Source: Flavobacteriales bacterium (lineage in GTDB: Bacteria > Bacteroidota > Bacteroidia > Palsa-965). From it: DNA of 64,000 nucleotides. Positions 18,810-29,462 of the stretch are shown here, one piece after another (position 1 is the stretch's first letter; each line of letters begins with the position of its first letter). The position numbers and the translations under genes were made by a program. Below the pieces are notes generated by a model. It had not been told where the DNA came from. It made no database searches and saw only the letters and a program-made list of their open reading frames with translations. The stretch lies in NCBI GenBank assembly GCA_040377305.1, contig JBEIPA010000004.1:64001-128000 (forward strand). The letters are read 5' to 3'.

Positions 18810-19310
18810 TTACACAGTATAAGCATCAATCATGATTTCGCCCGTATCCTTAACTTCTTTCATTGCATGAAGCGAAGGGATTACCTCAGACAAACTGTCC
18901 AGAAACACATTGAGTTGCTTGAGAAATATTCGGAGGTTCTTCATGAATTCCTCATAAATTTCTCGCGTGCGACGTCGAGCCTTGTCGTACTGGTTTAAGA
19001 TCCATGCTTTCATTTTCAATGATTGCCCGGTAAATCCAATTGAGGCGAGTCGTTGTAAAAAGTGTGTGCGAGTTCTTTCATCCTGCAGTAATCCGCGGAG
19101 TAGTTTTAATTCGCTTTGCAGAACTTCCTTTGCTTCATAGAACGCACCCATAAACAGCTCAGGTTCCATGCTGTCTTCGCATATCTGAATGAACTCGTGA
19201 TACTCAAATATTTCTTGCAGACAATCTGGAATACCGTCGAGAAATTCCAATACCGAATCAATGGGGTTGTCGAGATTGGGGTTGAGCAATTGCTCGCGTA
19301 CTGGAGGCAT
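18810..19310 (-). CDS. Hypothetical helical protein
   Basis: 166-aa ORF, ATG with A-rich leader. Confidence 0.65.
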   Translation of the reverse strand: MPPVREQLLNPNLDNPIDSVLEFLDGIPDCLQEIFEYHEFIQICEDSMEPELFMGAFYEAKEVLQSELKLLRGLLQDERTRTHFLQRLASIGFTGQSLKMKAWILNQYDKARRRTREIYEEFMKNLRIFLKQLNVFLDSLSEVIPSLHAMKEVKDTGEIMIDAYTV

Positions 19311-19348
19311 GGCTATTAGTTTTTATTAAATAGAAATTGGGGAATTGT

Positions 19349-19813
19349 TTATGCGTTGTGCGCAGGAGTTGGGAGATATAGAACTATGTTATTCACATCT
19401 GGATATTCCCCTTGGCCACAAGCTGTGCTATAGCTGACTGTCGGAGGGTAGGTAGCGCCATTCACTTGCAGTAGTAATTGCAATACGAGCACAACTATTC
19501 GTGCGATGAGCGCTGCCTGTCCGATTCCGGGAGCAAGCCATGTAATCATGTTCACCATGAATTCTGTTAGCTGCCACCAACCGACATTTGAAATGCACGT
19601 CCATACAAGCGTCTTCAGGTAGCCCTCTGTATACATGGCGGAGATAATCTTTACGACCGTCTGGGGACCGAATGCCTCGGCCATTGTTGCGGGCAACAAC
19701 AAAAGAAAACCAGCGTCGCGGCTGAGTGTTTGTACATAAGCCCATACGGCCTGTGCAGGGGTGGGATAACCATACATTCCTAAAATGCCAACAACGGTAG
19801 TGTATAGAAACAA
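19349..19813 (-). CDS. Hypothetical hydrophobic protein, possibly 5'-truncated
   Basis: 154-aa ORF with only a TTG start directly behind the XRE gene. Confidence 0.45.
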   Translation of the reverse strand: MFLYTTVVGILGMYGYPTPAQAVWAYVQTLSRDAGFLLLLPATMAEAFGPQTVVKIISAMYTEGYLKTLVWTCISNVGWWQLTEFMVNMITWLAPGIGQAALIARIVVLVLQLLLQVNGATYPPTVSYSTACGQGEYPDVNNIVLYLPTPAHNA

Positions 19814-19829
19814 TGCCCACTAGCTCTCC

Positions 19830-20123
19830 TTAAAAATCCATCAATTCCGCTACTGTTGTATCTAACGCGGTAGCCAATATGAAGAGGCTGGCAATGCCGG
19901 TCTCGTAGTGCCCCTTCTCGATGCGGTTAACCGTCGTTCTGCTCAACCCCGTCTCAAAAGCAAGCTGACCTTGCGACAACCCTTCCTTCTCACGCAACTT
20001 GCGCAAGTGATTTCCGAACGCCTCCAGGAACGGCTTTGTTTCACCCGCAGAGTGCTTGCTTACGCGCACGGATTTCTTCGCCTTCTTGGCTGTTTTTGCG
20101 CCCCCTGTTTTCTTTCTGTTCAC
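19830..20123 (-). CDS. XRE-family HTH regulator
   Basis: FGNHLRKLREKEGLSQGQLAFETGLSRTTVNRIEKG; probable GTG start at 20123. Confidence 0.9.
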   Translation of the reverse strand: MNRKKTGGAKTAKKAKKSVRVSKHSAGETKPFLEAFGNHLRKLREKEGLSQGQLAFETGLSRTTVNRIEKGHYETGIASLFILATALDTTVAELMDF

Positions 20124-20155
20124 GTTTGGAAAGTACAGACAGTGAAAATTTAAGC

Positions 20156-20180
20156 TGTGCCAAGTTTGGCACATGTGCCA
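20156..20180. promoter_or_regulatory. Overlapping palindromic operators between XRE and divergent gene
   Basis: TGTGCCAA-GT-TTGGCACA and TGGCACATGTGCCA. Confidence 0.6.
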
Positions 20181-20210
20181 TATTTGCTACATTAGCGTAA
20201 ACAGCAATCG

Positions 20211-20945
20211 GTGAGGATAGTCATCCTTTTAACAGTGAGTCTAGTCTTCGCGTGCAATGCGCACGTGACACTCCCGCACGTGGCAATATTCTCCACTGTC
20301 GAGCCCCTCATGCGCTCCGACACCACCCACACCGGTTTCTTCACCAACGTATCGCTCTTCGATACCGCTTACGATGAAATAAAGTATGTAACAACACAGG
20401 GAAACATTTATGTTCCCAATGAAGGCTCGCAGAATTTCCTCCTCTGTAGATACGATACCGCCACCTTGCAACCTATCTGGGTTGCAGTTGGCGGTGGTCG
20501 TGGCGGCGATGGTGGATGCAACTACTACACAGTACCACCGGAGAACGCGGTGTATGTCGTCGGCTATTTCGAAGACACGGCATACTTTCCGCATCGTGCC
20601 GGGATGCTAGTGTGCGACACACTCATAAGCAACGGCATGGCAGATATGTTCATCGCCAAGTATTCATACAGCAATGGAGTACTGCTGTGGTGCAGATCCG
20701 CCGGAAGTAAATATTCCGATATCATCTTCACCGACAACCTGGGCGCACGACATCAGGAAACAATACTGATTGTTGATAGTGTGCACATCACTGTATATGC
20801 AAACTTCTTTGGCCCCTTACGTATCGGCGACCAATCAGTTAATGCATCACTGTCCGGTTCGGCAGTGCAGATAAGCTTTGATAAGAAAACGGGTGCAGTG
20901 CGTGAAGCGCAGATTCCTACAGTATTGCCGGATGACAAAAAATAG
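20211..20945 (+). CDS. Secreted/lipoprotein with beta-propeller-like repeats
   Basis: VFAC lipobox-like; VYVVGYF..DMFIAKY..GVLLWCRSAG. Confidence 0.7.
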   Translation: MRIVILLTVSLVFACNAHVTLPHVAIFSTVEPLMRSDTTHTGFFTNVSLFDTAYDEIKYVTTQGNIYVPNEGSQNFLLCRYDTATLQPIWVAVGGGRGGDGGCNYYTVPPENAVYVVGYFEDTAYFPHRAGMLVCDTLISNGMADMFIAKYSYSNGVLLWCRSAGSKYSDIIFTDNLGARHQETILIVDSVHITVYANFFGPLRIGDQSVNASLSGSAVQISFDKKTGAVREAQIPTVLPDDKK

Positions 20946-21005
20946 CAGACGAGTACACTGGTAACACTTCGTCTTTCAAACCCATGAGATCAAAAAGAGT
21001 GAGCA

Positions 21006-21236
21006 CTATTGAAACACAAAGAATTCGCCAATCTGAACGTCAAGAGCTTTCGCGATATGAAATAGCGTTTCGGCTGTCGGGTTCTGTTCGCCGCGCTCGA
21101 TCAGCCCGATCGCTTCACGCCGTAACCCTGCCTCATAGGCGAGTTGATCCTGCGAAATTCCCTGGGCTTTGCGTAGTCCCCGCAGTTTGCGCCCGAGCTT
21201 CTTAAGAAATGCACGTGATTGTTTATCCGACTTCAC
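21006..21236 (-). CDS. XRE-family HTH regulator
   Basis: LGRKLRGLRKAQGISQDQLAYEAGLRREAIGLIERGEQNPT. Confidence 0.9.
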   Translation of the reverse strand: MKSDKQSRAFLKKLGRKLRGLRKAQGISQDQLAYEAGLRREAIGLIERGEQNPTAETLFHIAKALDVQIGEFFVFQ

Positions 21237-21333
21237 ATGTCAAAAATCCCATCCCAAATTCAAACAAAAGAGCTATTTACCGCTCTATATACATTTAATT
21301 GATATATTTATCACTCTTTTCAAAAACAAACCT

Positions 21334-22044
21334 ATGAAACCCACTTTTCTCCTCTTTGCATTGTGCTTCTTGCTATCGGCATGCTCCGATCCCGACTACA
21401 CCGGCTTGTGGTTCATGCGCGGTCACAACGTCTGGATCACTATCACGCACGAAGACAACATCTTCCAAGTGGCCGGACCATTCGCATTCAATGGCGGGTA
21501 TGTACTCGATGACCAAGGCCGGATAGTCAATTTGAAAGTAGATAGTGCGCAGTTCGAATATGATGCGGCAAAGGACATCCTCACGTGGCACGGCAACAAG
21601 CGCTGGACGCACAGCGAAGTCTTCGAACGTCCCGAGGCTGCTGGTAAAACAACAGATGAAATCGAAAACTATGAGGGATCGATTGTCGAATGCTCCGAGG
21701 CCGAAGCCTATCCCGACACGAACGGTCTTGAAGGCACGTGGACGGCACAGTTCGATTTCTATGCTGGGTTTGAAACGGCAACACTCGTTATTCGCCGGCA
21801 TGAACCGAGCGATACCTGCGGCGAATATCAATGCACGTGGTGGACTTCAAATGCTGGCTCAAACAAAACCGTGTACAAATGGTGCGGGCACATGAACACC
21901 GGTGTGCTGGAAGCCGACATGCAGATGAGCAAACGGCAGGCCCGCATGTACGCAGTCAAGCAAGAGAACGGTACGCTCTCGGTATCCTTCTTATATGAGT
22001 CAGCTCAATATCTGCCATGGCGGTTAGAGTTCAGTAAAAAATAG
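21334..22044 (+). CDS. Lipoprotein
   Basis: MKPTFLLFALCFLLSAC lipobox. Confidence 0.75.
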   Translation: MKPTFLLFALCFLLSACSDPDYTGLWFMRGHNVWITITHEDNIFQVAGPFAFNGGYVLDDQGRIVNLKVDSAQFEYDAAKDILTWHGNKRWTHSEVFERPEAAGKTTDEIENYEGSIVECSEAEAYPDTNGLEGTWTAQFDFYAGFETATLVIRRHEPSDTCGEYQCTWWTSNAGSNKTVYKWCGHMNTGVLEADMQMSKRQARMYAVKQENGTLSVSFLYESAQYLPWRLEFSKK

Positions 22045-22389
22045 TTCGGAAAGCAATACATACCACTTGCAAACTAAAATCACGCACTCATTAAAATAAT
22101 TTGACTTCACCAACGTTTCTGCCATACATTGCAGAAATTCTAAAACATCTCTATCCGGTGCCGCTATACTCCCCCTCATAGTGGGGCACTGGAAGACAGA
22201 AGTGCACGAGTGACGCGCATTCCCGCCCAACTCTACTTCTGTCACGCATTAAGACTGTGGAGAAGGCAGGTGCCGAGAGAGAAGAACGAACATATCGTAG
22301 TGTAATACCCTTGGCGTACATCTTCGGATGCATGCCCGCGTTGTCGTATTCAATAAAAACCTGAAGTATAAATCAATACCTACCCACCA

Positions 22390-25300
22390 ATGAAACAAAA
22401 ACTCAAACGAGCAAAGCAACTGTTCTTGCTAGCCTCAATCGGTATGGCCTCGATGCTAACCGAGAAAGTTGCAGCCCAAACCTGCGCAACACCGATGACA
22501 CTACCCATTGATACCTGTACTACGTACTCAGTCAATGATTCTGTGGTATGGTTGACTTTTAATTCCGGCGCCGGCGCTTCTTGGTGCAATATTACGCTCT
22601 CCGTTCCGTCAGGTGGACCCAATACAATTGTCGCTGGCGAACTGTACTCTGGAACGTGTACATCGTTGAGTTTGGAGCAAATTTCAATGAATGATATAGG
22701 AACAATCCTTATTAATGGGAATATCACTGCATCTACGACATATCTCGTAAAAGTAATTCGATCGAGTGCGACCAGTGGACAAATAGAAGTTTGCCTAAAC
22801 GTGCTCACTACCATTGCTCCATGTCCCACATGTACTCCCACGGCGTGTCAGTTGATTTGTAATCCGAACTTAGAGTTGTACTCTGGAGCGAACAATCAAG
22901 GTCCTGCCAATTTTGGTGGTGGCAATGTTTGTAACTGGGGCGTGCCAAATATGTCGCCGCCAAATCCTAATTTTCCGCCAAATGCTGGAACAGCAGATTA
23001 CTTTAACTCGAACTTCACAAATACATGGCTTGATCTTACAGGTTTCCCCGGCTCAGAACCTGCACATTCTGGAAATGGCTATGGTGGGATTTATTGTTAT
23101 GCCAGTACCATGCCGCTATATCGTGAATTTATTCAGCAGCAACTTCAAGCGCCATTAGTTCAGTTTCAATCATACACCTTAAGATTCTGGATTAGCCTAG
23201 CGGATGCATCGGGCTTCGCGGTCAATGATATTGGCGCATATATTTCTACTACCCAACCAGTGCAATCGCCAAATCCCTCTGTCCTGAATTTTACTCCGCA
23301 AATTACTGCCGGAACTGTAACAACGATCAATGGTTGGGTGCAAATCACTGGCACGTACGTTGCAACTGGAGGAGAGCAGTGGATTACTATCGGCTCTTTC
23401 GGCAACTCTCAAGTAGCAACTCCCGTTCCGATCCCTCCGCCTTTTCAATTAGCTGGCCCATATCCAGCGCCACTGCTTACTAACCCAAATCTCGGGGCGT
23501 ATTATTTCATTGATGACATTACCTTGGAATATTCACCGGCACCGTCATTCACGTGGAGCGGAACCTGTAGAATCAATTTCACTAATAACCTAGACTGCAT
23601 TGATCCCACTGCCCCAAATGCATATACATGGGACTTCGGTGATGGGAGTCCGATAAATACCACTGAGAATCCTACGCACACCTTTCCACTAAATGGACAT
23701 CAGTACACCGTAACACATACCATTACGACACCAAACGGGAATGTTTATACGTATACCGCTATTGTTATTCAACCAGGAGGTCCTATTGCTAACATTGTTG
23801 GCTATGCAACGAACAATTGCGGCGCTGGGACGATTGGGTATACAGCGACTCCTTGTGATCCTAATATTCAATACAGTTGGGTTGTAAGTGGTGGCACACC
23901 TATCTCTGGCATCGGTTGCAACATCAACGTAGATTGGGGCGGTCAAGGAGGCTTTATTTATTTAACCGCGTTCGATCCGATAAATGATTGTACTACCCGC
24001 GACACCTTGGAAATACCTCCTTGTTGCCACGGTCCCGGTTTGCGAATTGATAACATGACAGCATCGCAGGCGCTTAGCGATCCGTTGATTCTTCCTTTTG
24101 TGACAGGTGGAAATACCATTACATATCCGAATAATATATTTATTACGGGTGTCTTCACCGTTGACGTTCCCATCACGTTCCTGAATTGCCCGATGATAAA
24201 CATTGGAGGAAATACACCGATCCTGGTCAATCCCGGGCAGACACTGACATTCGATGACTGCACGACAGAAGTACTGTGTGACTACATGTGGGACGGCATC
24301 TACTTGGCAAACGTCACATCTACGGCAAACATTATCAACGGCTCCGTATTGCAACAAGCAAAAAACACAGTTGTCTCAAACAGCGGAGGCCGATACACAA
24401 TCGTAAATTCAACTTTGCAGAATAACTACAGGGACATCGTAGTTAACGCATACTTGGGTACGCATCCAGGAGTAGTGCGCGGTACTGATTTTCTGATGAA
24501 CAGTCCATTCCTTACTGCAGTGCCTGCCTTTCCTTTCGGACACAACAAGACGATCTGTGCAATCGAAATCTACGATAACGCAGACATTACTTTCGGAGAT
24601 GCTACAATAATTGCTAATCGTAACCGCTTCAACAATGTTGCTGTTGGGGTGCGATCCAACAACTCTAATACAAAAGTGATTAACGCGCGCTTCAATAACA
24701 TGAGTGGCAACATCAATATTCCCAACGCGGGAACAGGTGTCGTAGCAAACGGTCAGAAGAACGTAACGTATCAAGCGGCAATAGTCGTTGGCGGGACCGG
24801 ATTAAACAAGTGCGTATTTACTACCATGAGAATCGGGGTCGATGTTTACGACATCGTTAATGTGAATGTCCTTAATAACAATATCTCGGAAATTCGTTTG
24901 TATGGAGTTCGATTGCAAAGATGCCATCAGCGTGTGATCAACATCAATGACAATCTGATGACCAATGCATCTGTTACCTACGGATTCAACACCGGATTCC
25001 TGTTGCTTGAATGTTATGACGCAACTGTTAACATCAATTCAAATACGATACTGCAGACTAACACTGTCGCTGGGCAAGTTGGAACTGGTATTCGTGTGGC
25101 TCTAGTAACGCCTGGTAACGTAATTCTGAATATAGTAAACAACGTCTCGGTCGCACGAGTGCGGACGGGTATTCTGTTAGAACGCCTTATCGGAAAGGAT
25201 CTTGTTTACGTCACCAACAACACAATCAGCTTTGTAAAACCGAATGCGAACTACACGGTTCCGCATCATGGTGTGCATTTGGTTGATTGCGGTGGCAAGG

Positions 25301-26538
25301 TTCGCGTCGAGTACAACATCATTCAGAAAAGCGCACCGATCCCTACAACTTTCGGCATGCGGAATAATCTGCGTGGTGTAACTATTCAAAACAGCCCAAC
25401 CAGTATTGTCGCGCACAATACAATCACGCGCATGGGCACCGGAATATATGGTCAGGGGATCAGCAGTAACAGCACACTCGCGTGCAACACCCTTGTTCGA
25501 TGCTTTGACGGATTCTACTTCCTGCCAGGGTGTGATATTGGCGATCAGGTCATCAATCCAACAAACGGGAATCCAACTCCAACGGGAAATATCTGGACAA
25601 GTTCCATTAACTCGGATTTGAACGGTGGGATTTTCCCGGGAATTTTCTGGTACAGAGATGCATCATATTCACCAGTTGTGGCTGGAACGATGGTGGGTGG
25701 AAGTTTGAATGGGGCAGGTAATACAACCACATTATCTGGCAATCCATCTGCTTGTACAATCATCCCTCTCTTTGCACCGCCAGCCATTGATCGCGAGCAA
25801 AATGCAGGGGTTCCGGTTCTGAATCCAACGCCCACTCCGGGCAGCGAACAAGGCTATATTGTGCGACAGAAAGCGCATCAGAAATTGCGCGAAGTACCGT
25901 CGTGGATGACGCTCGGAACGCCTCAAGATTCGCTGTATACGAACTTCTACATGGAGCAAGACAATAGCAACATCGGGCTTTTCCGTAACTTCGAGGATAT
26001 GGCAGCCGTAGATAGTGCAGTATTGGCAGGCGCGATCCTCGGAACTATCGTTGATACTAACGTGTCTGAAACAAACCTCAAAACTGTGTACTCAATCTAT
26101 CAGCAGACTTGGATGCAGGGCGTAAATGAGTTCAGCGCTGCAGACAGCATGACTCTTGAGAATATCGCGGTGCAGCCGTCAGCAGACGCAGGTGAAGCAG
26201 TTTACGCGGCTCGTGTAATGCTTGCGATTCAAGTTGATGACGATGCGCCGAGTGGCGAACGTTACGGTGCTGAAATGGAAGAAGAATCCATAAGCACAAT
26301 GGAGATTTTTCCGAATCCTGCAACAAACCAAGTGACAATAAACCCAAATCTCGCGGAGAACCAGTCGGGCGTTGTAGAGGTTTCTGACGTTCAGGGCAAG
26401 ATCGTTCTGTCTAAGCCGGTGACTGCTGGAAGCACGACACTTGATGTATCAGGTCTTGATAACGGGCTGTACTTCGTCCAGTTGATTGTTGATGGAGAAT
26501 TAGTCGAGACGAATAAGTTAGAAATAGTACACGAATAA
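22390..26538 (+). CDS. Large T9SS cargo protein (CBM-like, PKD, parallel beta-helix, CTD)
   Basis: Signal peptide; WDFGDG PKD motif; C-terminal IFPNPAT..GLYFV..KLEI. Confidence 0.9.
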   Translation: MKQKLKRAKQLFLLASIGMASMLTEKVAAQTCATPMTLPIDTCTTYSVNDSVVWLTFNSGAGASWCNITLSVPSGGPNTIVAGELYSGTCTSLSLEQISMNDIGTILINGNITASTTYLVKVIRSSATSGQIEVCLNVLTTIAPCPTCTPTACQLICNPNLELYSGANNQGPANFGGGNVCNWGVPNMSPPNPNFPPNAGTADYFNSNFTNTWLDLTGFPGSEPAHSGNGYGGIYCYASTMPLYREFIQQQLQAPLVQFQSYTLRFWISLADASGFAVNDIGAYISTTQPVQSPNPSVLNFTPQITAGTVTTINGWVQITGTYVATGGEQWITIGSFGNSQVATPVPIPPPFQLAGPYPAPLLTNPNLGAYYFIDDITLEYSPAPSFTWSGTCRINFTNNLDCIDPTAPNAYTWDFGDGSPINTTENPTHTFPLNGHQYTVTHTITTPNGNVYTYTAIVIQPGGPIANIVGYATNNCGAGTIGYTATPCDPNIQYSWVVSGGTPISGIGCNINVDWGGQGGFIYLTAFDPINDCTTRDTLEIPPCCHGPGLRIDNMTASQALSDPLILPFVTGGNTITYPNNIFITGVFTVDVPITFLNCPMINIGGNTPILVNPGQTLTFDDCTTEVLCDYMWDGIYLANVTSTANIINGSVLQQAKNTVVSNSGGRYTIVNSTLQNNYRDIVVNAYLGTHPGVVRGTDFLMNSPFLTAVPAFPFGHNKTICAIEIYDNADITFGDATIIANRNRFNNVAVGVRSNNSNTKVINARFNNMSGNINIPNAGTGVVANGQKNVTYQAAIVVGGTGLNKCVFTTMRIGVDVYDIVNVNVLNNNISEIRLYGVRLQRCHQRVININDNLMTNASVTYGFNTGFLLLECYDATVNINSNTILQTNTVAGQVGTGIRVALVTPGNVILNIVNNVSVARVRTGILLERLIGKDLVYVTNNTISFVKPNANYTVPHHGVHLVDCGGKVRVEYNIIQKSAPIPTTFGMRNNLRGVTIQNSPTSIVAHNTITRMGTGIYGQGISSNSTLACNTLVRCFDGFYFLPGCDIGDQVINPTNGNPTPTGNIWTSSINSDLNGGIFPGIFWYRDASYSPVVAGTMVGGSLNGAGNTTTLSGNPSACTIIPLFAPPAIDREQNAGVPVLNPTPTPGSEQGYIVRQKAHQKLREVPSWMTLGTPQDSLYTNFYMEQDNSNIGLFRNFEDMAAVDSAVLAGAILGTIVDTNVSETNLKTVYSIYQQTWMQGVNEFSAADSMTLENIAVQPSADAGEAVYAARVMLAIQVDDDAPSGERYGAEMEEESISTMEIFPNPATNQVTINPNLAENQSGVVEVSDVQGKIVLSKPVTAGSTTLDVSGLDNGLYFVQLIVDGELVETNKLEIVHE

Positions 26539-26545
26539 CAAATTG

Positions 26546-26576
26546 GTCCCGCCCGTCAAAAACGGGCGGGACTTTT
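26546..26576 (+). terminator. Intrinsic terminator
   Basis: GTCCCGCCCGT-CAAAA-ACGGGCGGGAC-TTTT. Confidence 0.8.
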
Positions 26577-26579
26577 ACA

Positions 26580-27542
26580 ATGCGAACGGTTAAAGTTTTA
26601 TTCGCAATAGTGCTCGCTCGATCCCTTCTCGGATCGGTAGCTAACGCGTATGGTCAGAACCTCGTACCTAATCCAAGTTTTGAAAATTTTGATACGTGTC
26701 CATTGTATACAGCACAATTTTATCGCTGCGACATATGGGAAAACCCAACGAGTAATACGCCGGACTATTTCAATGAGTGCTGGAACGAAGGATGGTATGA
26801 CAGCCCTGACGTGCCGATAAATCGGTTTGGTTCAGAACCTGCACGGACAGGTCAAGCGTATGCAGGACTATATTGTCAGTATAGTGGTGTGAATGGCCGT
26901 GAGTACATTTCTGTAAAACTGAATGATACATTGGTTGCGGGCAGTAGGTATTGTGTTGAGTTTTTTGTCACGCTGGGCGATTCGACATGGGGAGGCATAA
27001 ATTACATGGGAGCACATTTCTCCGCTGTGCCTGATACGATGTCTGACTACTATTTTAACCTACCATTCCAACCACAAATAGAAGACACCACGGTCATAAC
27101 AGATACAACAGGATGGGTGAAGATAAGCGGGACGTTTATCGCGCAAGGCGGCGAGACCTATATGACGATAGGTGTATTCAAACCAGATTCAATGCTTACC
27201 TATGATTCTATACAAGGTGACGGCTCAGTCCGATACACTTATTACTTCATTGACGACGTGGCAGTTTGGAATTGCGATACTGCTACTCCCACCTATCCGA
27301 ACTTCACCCTGTTTCCGAATCCATCGAATGGAGAATTTTATATCAGTGGAAATTTCCCAGAAGCAACACATTTGCTCATCTACAACATGCTCGGTCAGAA
27401 AATAGGCGAATCAATTGCGCTGCCGACAGGGCACAATTTATTCTCCATCAATTTGGAACTCGCGCAAGGAGTGTATTACTATGAAATAGTTTCTCCTACC
27501 GAACAACTTACCGAAGGAAAATTTGTCATCCTAAAATACTAG
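26580..27542 (+). CDS. T9SS cargo protein with CBM-like domain
   Basis: QNLVPNPSFE..TPDYFN..YYFIDDV; CTD LFPNPSNG..GKFVI. Confidence 0.9.
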   Translation: MRTVKVLFAIVLARSLLGSVANAYGQNLVPNPSFENFDTCPLYTAQFYRCDIWENPTSNTPDYFNECWNEGWYDSPDVPINRFGSEPARTGQAYAGLYCQYSGVNGREYISVKLNDTLVAGSRYCVEFFVTLGDSTWGGINYMGAHFSAVPDTMSDYYFNLPFQPQIEDTTVITDTTGWVKISGTFIAQGGETYMTIGVFKPDSMLTYDSIQGDGSVRYTYYFIDDVAVWNCDTATPTYPNFTLFPNPSNGEFYISGNFPEATHLLIYNMLGQKIGESIALPTGHNLFSINLELAQGVYYYEIVSPTEQLTEGKFVILKY

Positions 27543-27547
27543 AAAGC

Positions 27548-27916
27548 ATGGCCTCAATTGACTTTCGATTCACGACCGAGAAACCGCTAGTGCTAATTCG
27601 AGGATTGCGCCTTCAATTTTTGAAAATGCATATCGCAACAGGAAAAATCGACGACGTGTATTTCCGCTTTCTCTGGAAAGAAAAGGATGACAAGAATGAC
27701 GGAGACCCCATTTCGCACTACAAGGACATTGGACTGAACTCCTATGTCCACCCATATCAGGCGAAATCAGAAACTGATTTTGAATTTCGCGACTATGACC
27801 CCAGACCTATGGTTCGCTTTGAGGAGAACTTAGGTGGCGTTAGTATCGCAGCAATATCCAAAAGCAACACACCTTTTGATGTCACGGCACATGTAGTTAT
27901 TGACGATTCCGAATAA
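27548..27916 (+). CDS. Hypothetical protein
   Basis: 122-aa ORF 5 bp after the previous stop. Confidence 0.55.
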   Translation: MASIDFRFTTEKPLVLIRGLRLQFLKMHIATGKIDDVYFRFLWKEKDDKNDGDPISHYKDIGLNSYVHPYQAKSETDFEFRDYDPRPMVRFEENLGGVSIAAISKSNTPFDVTAHVVIDDSE

Positions 27917-28250
27917 CAGTTCTGTTCTTCTCCGTTACTGAGAGTTGGATAGTATTATCCAAGTGCAGGAAATCAATGCTACAGCTGCAATTACCGCAAG
28001 CGCGACGTACATTCCTTTTTTCGAAGGGTTTGTGAGTTCAAAGTGAAAAGTATTCTCACTTACAGTCACAATCATCTTTTCTTGTTTAGGTGTGTTCATA
28101 TGTCATATTTTGTACGGTGCTATTATTTTAATTTGCGAGCACATTCAAAAATAAATTTCAACTTTTTGCGAATTATTTGAGAATAAACGCGAGTTGTGAC
28201 TGTATAACGGCTCTCGATATTCTCCCTGCGGTGTATCGTATCTTTGTTCC

Positions 28251-29411
28251 ATGACGAAAGAACTTAATGTTCTCATAGGTGCAGGATTCTCATTTAAGGC
28301 GGGACTACCGCTCGGAAATGACATTCGCGCGAGTTTTGATCGGCCACTACGCAATGAGCTTCTGAAGATGTCCTCGAGCGAATGGCTGTGGGCAGAACGC
28401 CAAGATCACGCCACGCAACACAACGGCAGATTGAACTACGATCACCTGGAGTACTCGTTTATCATGGAGGAAATAGTGAAAACGTACAAAGCGGCTTCGA
28501 ACGACGAATTCATAGATTACGAAGACTTTTATCAGTACGTAAAAGATAATACAGTTGTTGAGGGGTGGTACGAGGGAATCATTCAGACAGCAGAAGAAAG
28601 ATTCTACGCCGAAACAAATAGCAAACGAGATAGCGGATATGGAGGTTTTTCATTTAGACATCCGGAGAGATACCGACCACAAGAAATCATCAATCATTTG
28701 ATTTCTGATATGTTGTGGTCAAATAAAACAGACGATCAATTAGTTCAAGAGTATTATCCATTCGTCCAATTCTTGAAGAAGTATGAATCAGTTACCATCT
28801 TTACCCTTAACCATGACATGATACTTGAGCGCTTGTTCAGGCTTCTTGATATCCCATATTGCGATGGCTTTTCTACTGAAGGGTCCGAATTAAAGTATGG
28901 AGACAAATTTCTCCATAGTTTTCAGAATGATTTTTCATCGGCGAGAATAAAACTCGTGAAATTACATGGCAGTATTGACATGTATCTCTTTGAACACGGC
29001 ACCGAGCAGGGCGTGACTATGACCCGCGACGGTCACTATACTTATTTCAAACCTAAGGGGTACCACGAAAAACATCATGTGCAACGAGTTGATCTGAAGA
29101 CTGGTGAAACAGTTCAACATATGAATTTTGATGTCATTCCTAAGTTTATAACCGGTAAAAATAAATTGGCGTTCATACAGTCCGACTATATGTATTCGAA
29201 GTTGCACCAGATGTACCAACAGAATATACAATCAGGAAATGATTTATTGGTTATTGGATATTCCTATCGTGATGAGCACATGAACGCGGAGCTCAAAAAT
29301 TTTGATGTGGCAGGCACTCAGAATATCGTCAACGTCAATCCGGGAACTCAATTCCCATTTGACGCTCCAAGCATGAGGCAGATTTCCGATTTATCGGAAC
29401 TGCCCATATAA
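28251..29411 (+). CDS. SIR2-family (SIR2_2) NADase-like protein
   Basis: LIGAGFS..GLP, FTLNHD, KLHGSID, VIGYSYRDEHMN; TATCTTTG 4 nt before the ATG. Confidence 0.9.
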   Translation: MTKELNVLIGAGFSFKAGLPLGNDIRASFDRPLRNELLKMSSSEWLWAERQDHATQHNGRLNYDHLEYSFIMEEIVKTYKAASNDEFIDYEDFYQYVKDNTVVEGWYEGIIQTAEERFYAETNSKRDSGYGGFSFRHPERYRPQEIINHLISDMLWSNKTDDQLVQEYYPFVQFLKKYESVTIFTLNHDMILERLFRLLDIPYCDGFSTEGSELKYGDKFLHSFQNDFSSARIKLVKLHGSIDMYLFEHGTEQGVTMTRDGHYTYFKPKGYHEKHHVQRVDLKTGETVQHMNFDVIPKFITGKNKLAFIQSDYMYSKLHQMYQQNIQSGNDLLVIGYSYRDEHMNAELKNFDVAGTQNIVNVNPGTQFPFDAPSMRQISDLSELPI

Positions 29412-29427
29412 ACAAGCGAAACTCACA

Positions 29428-29456
29428 TTGACTTGAGGAGATGCACGGTATATACT
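29428..29456 (+). promoter_or_regulatory. Near-consensus sigma70 promoter (non-Bacteroidetes type)
   Basis: TTGACT-N17-TATACT. Confidence 0.7.
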
Positions 29457-29462
29457 TGATTT

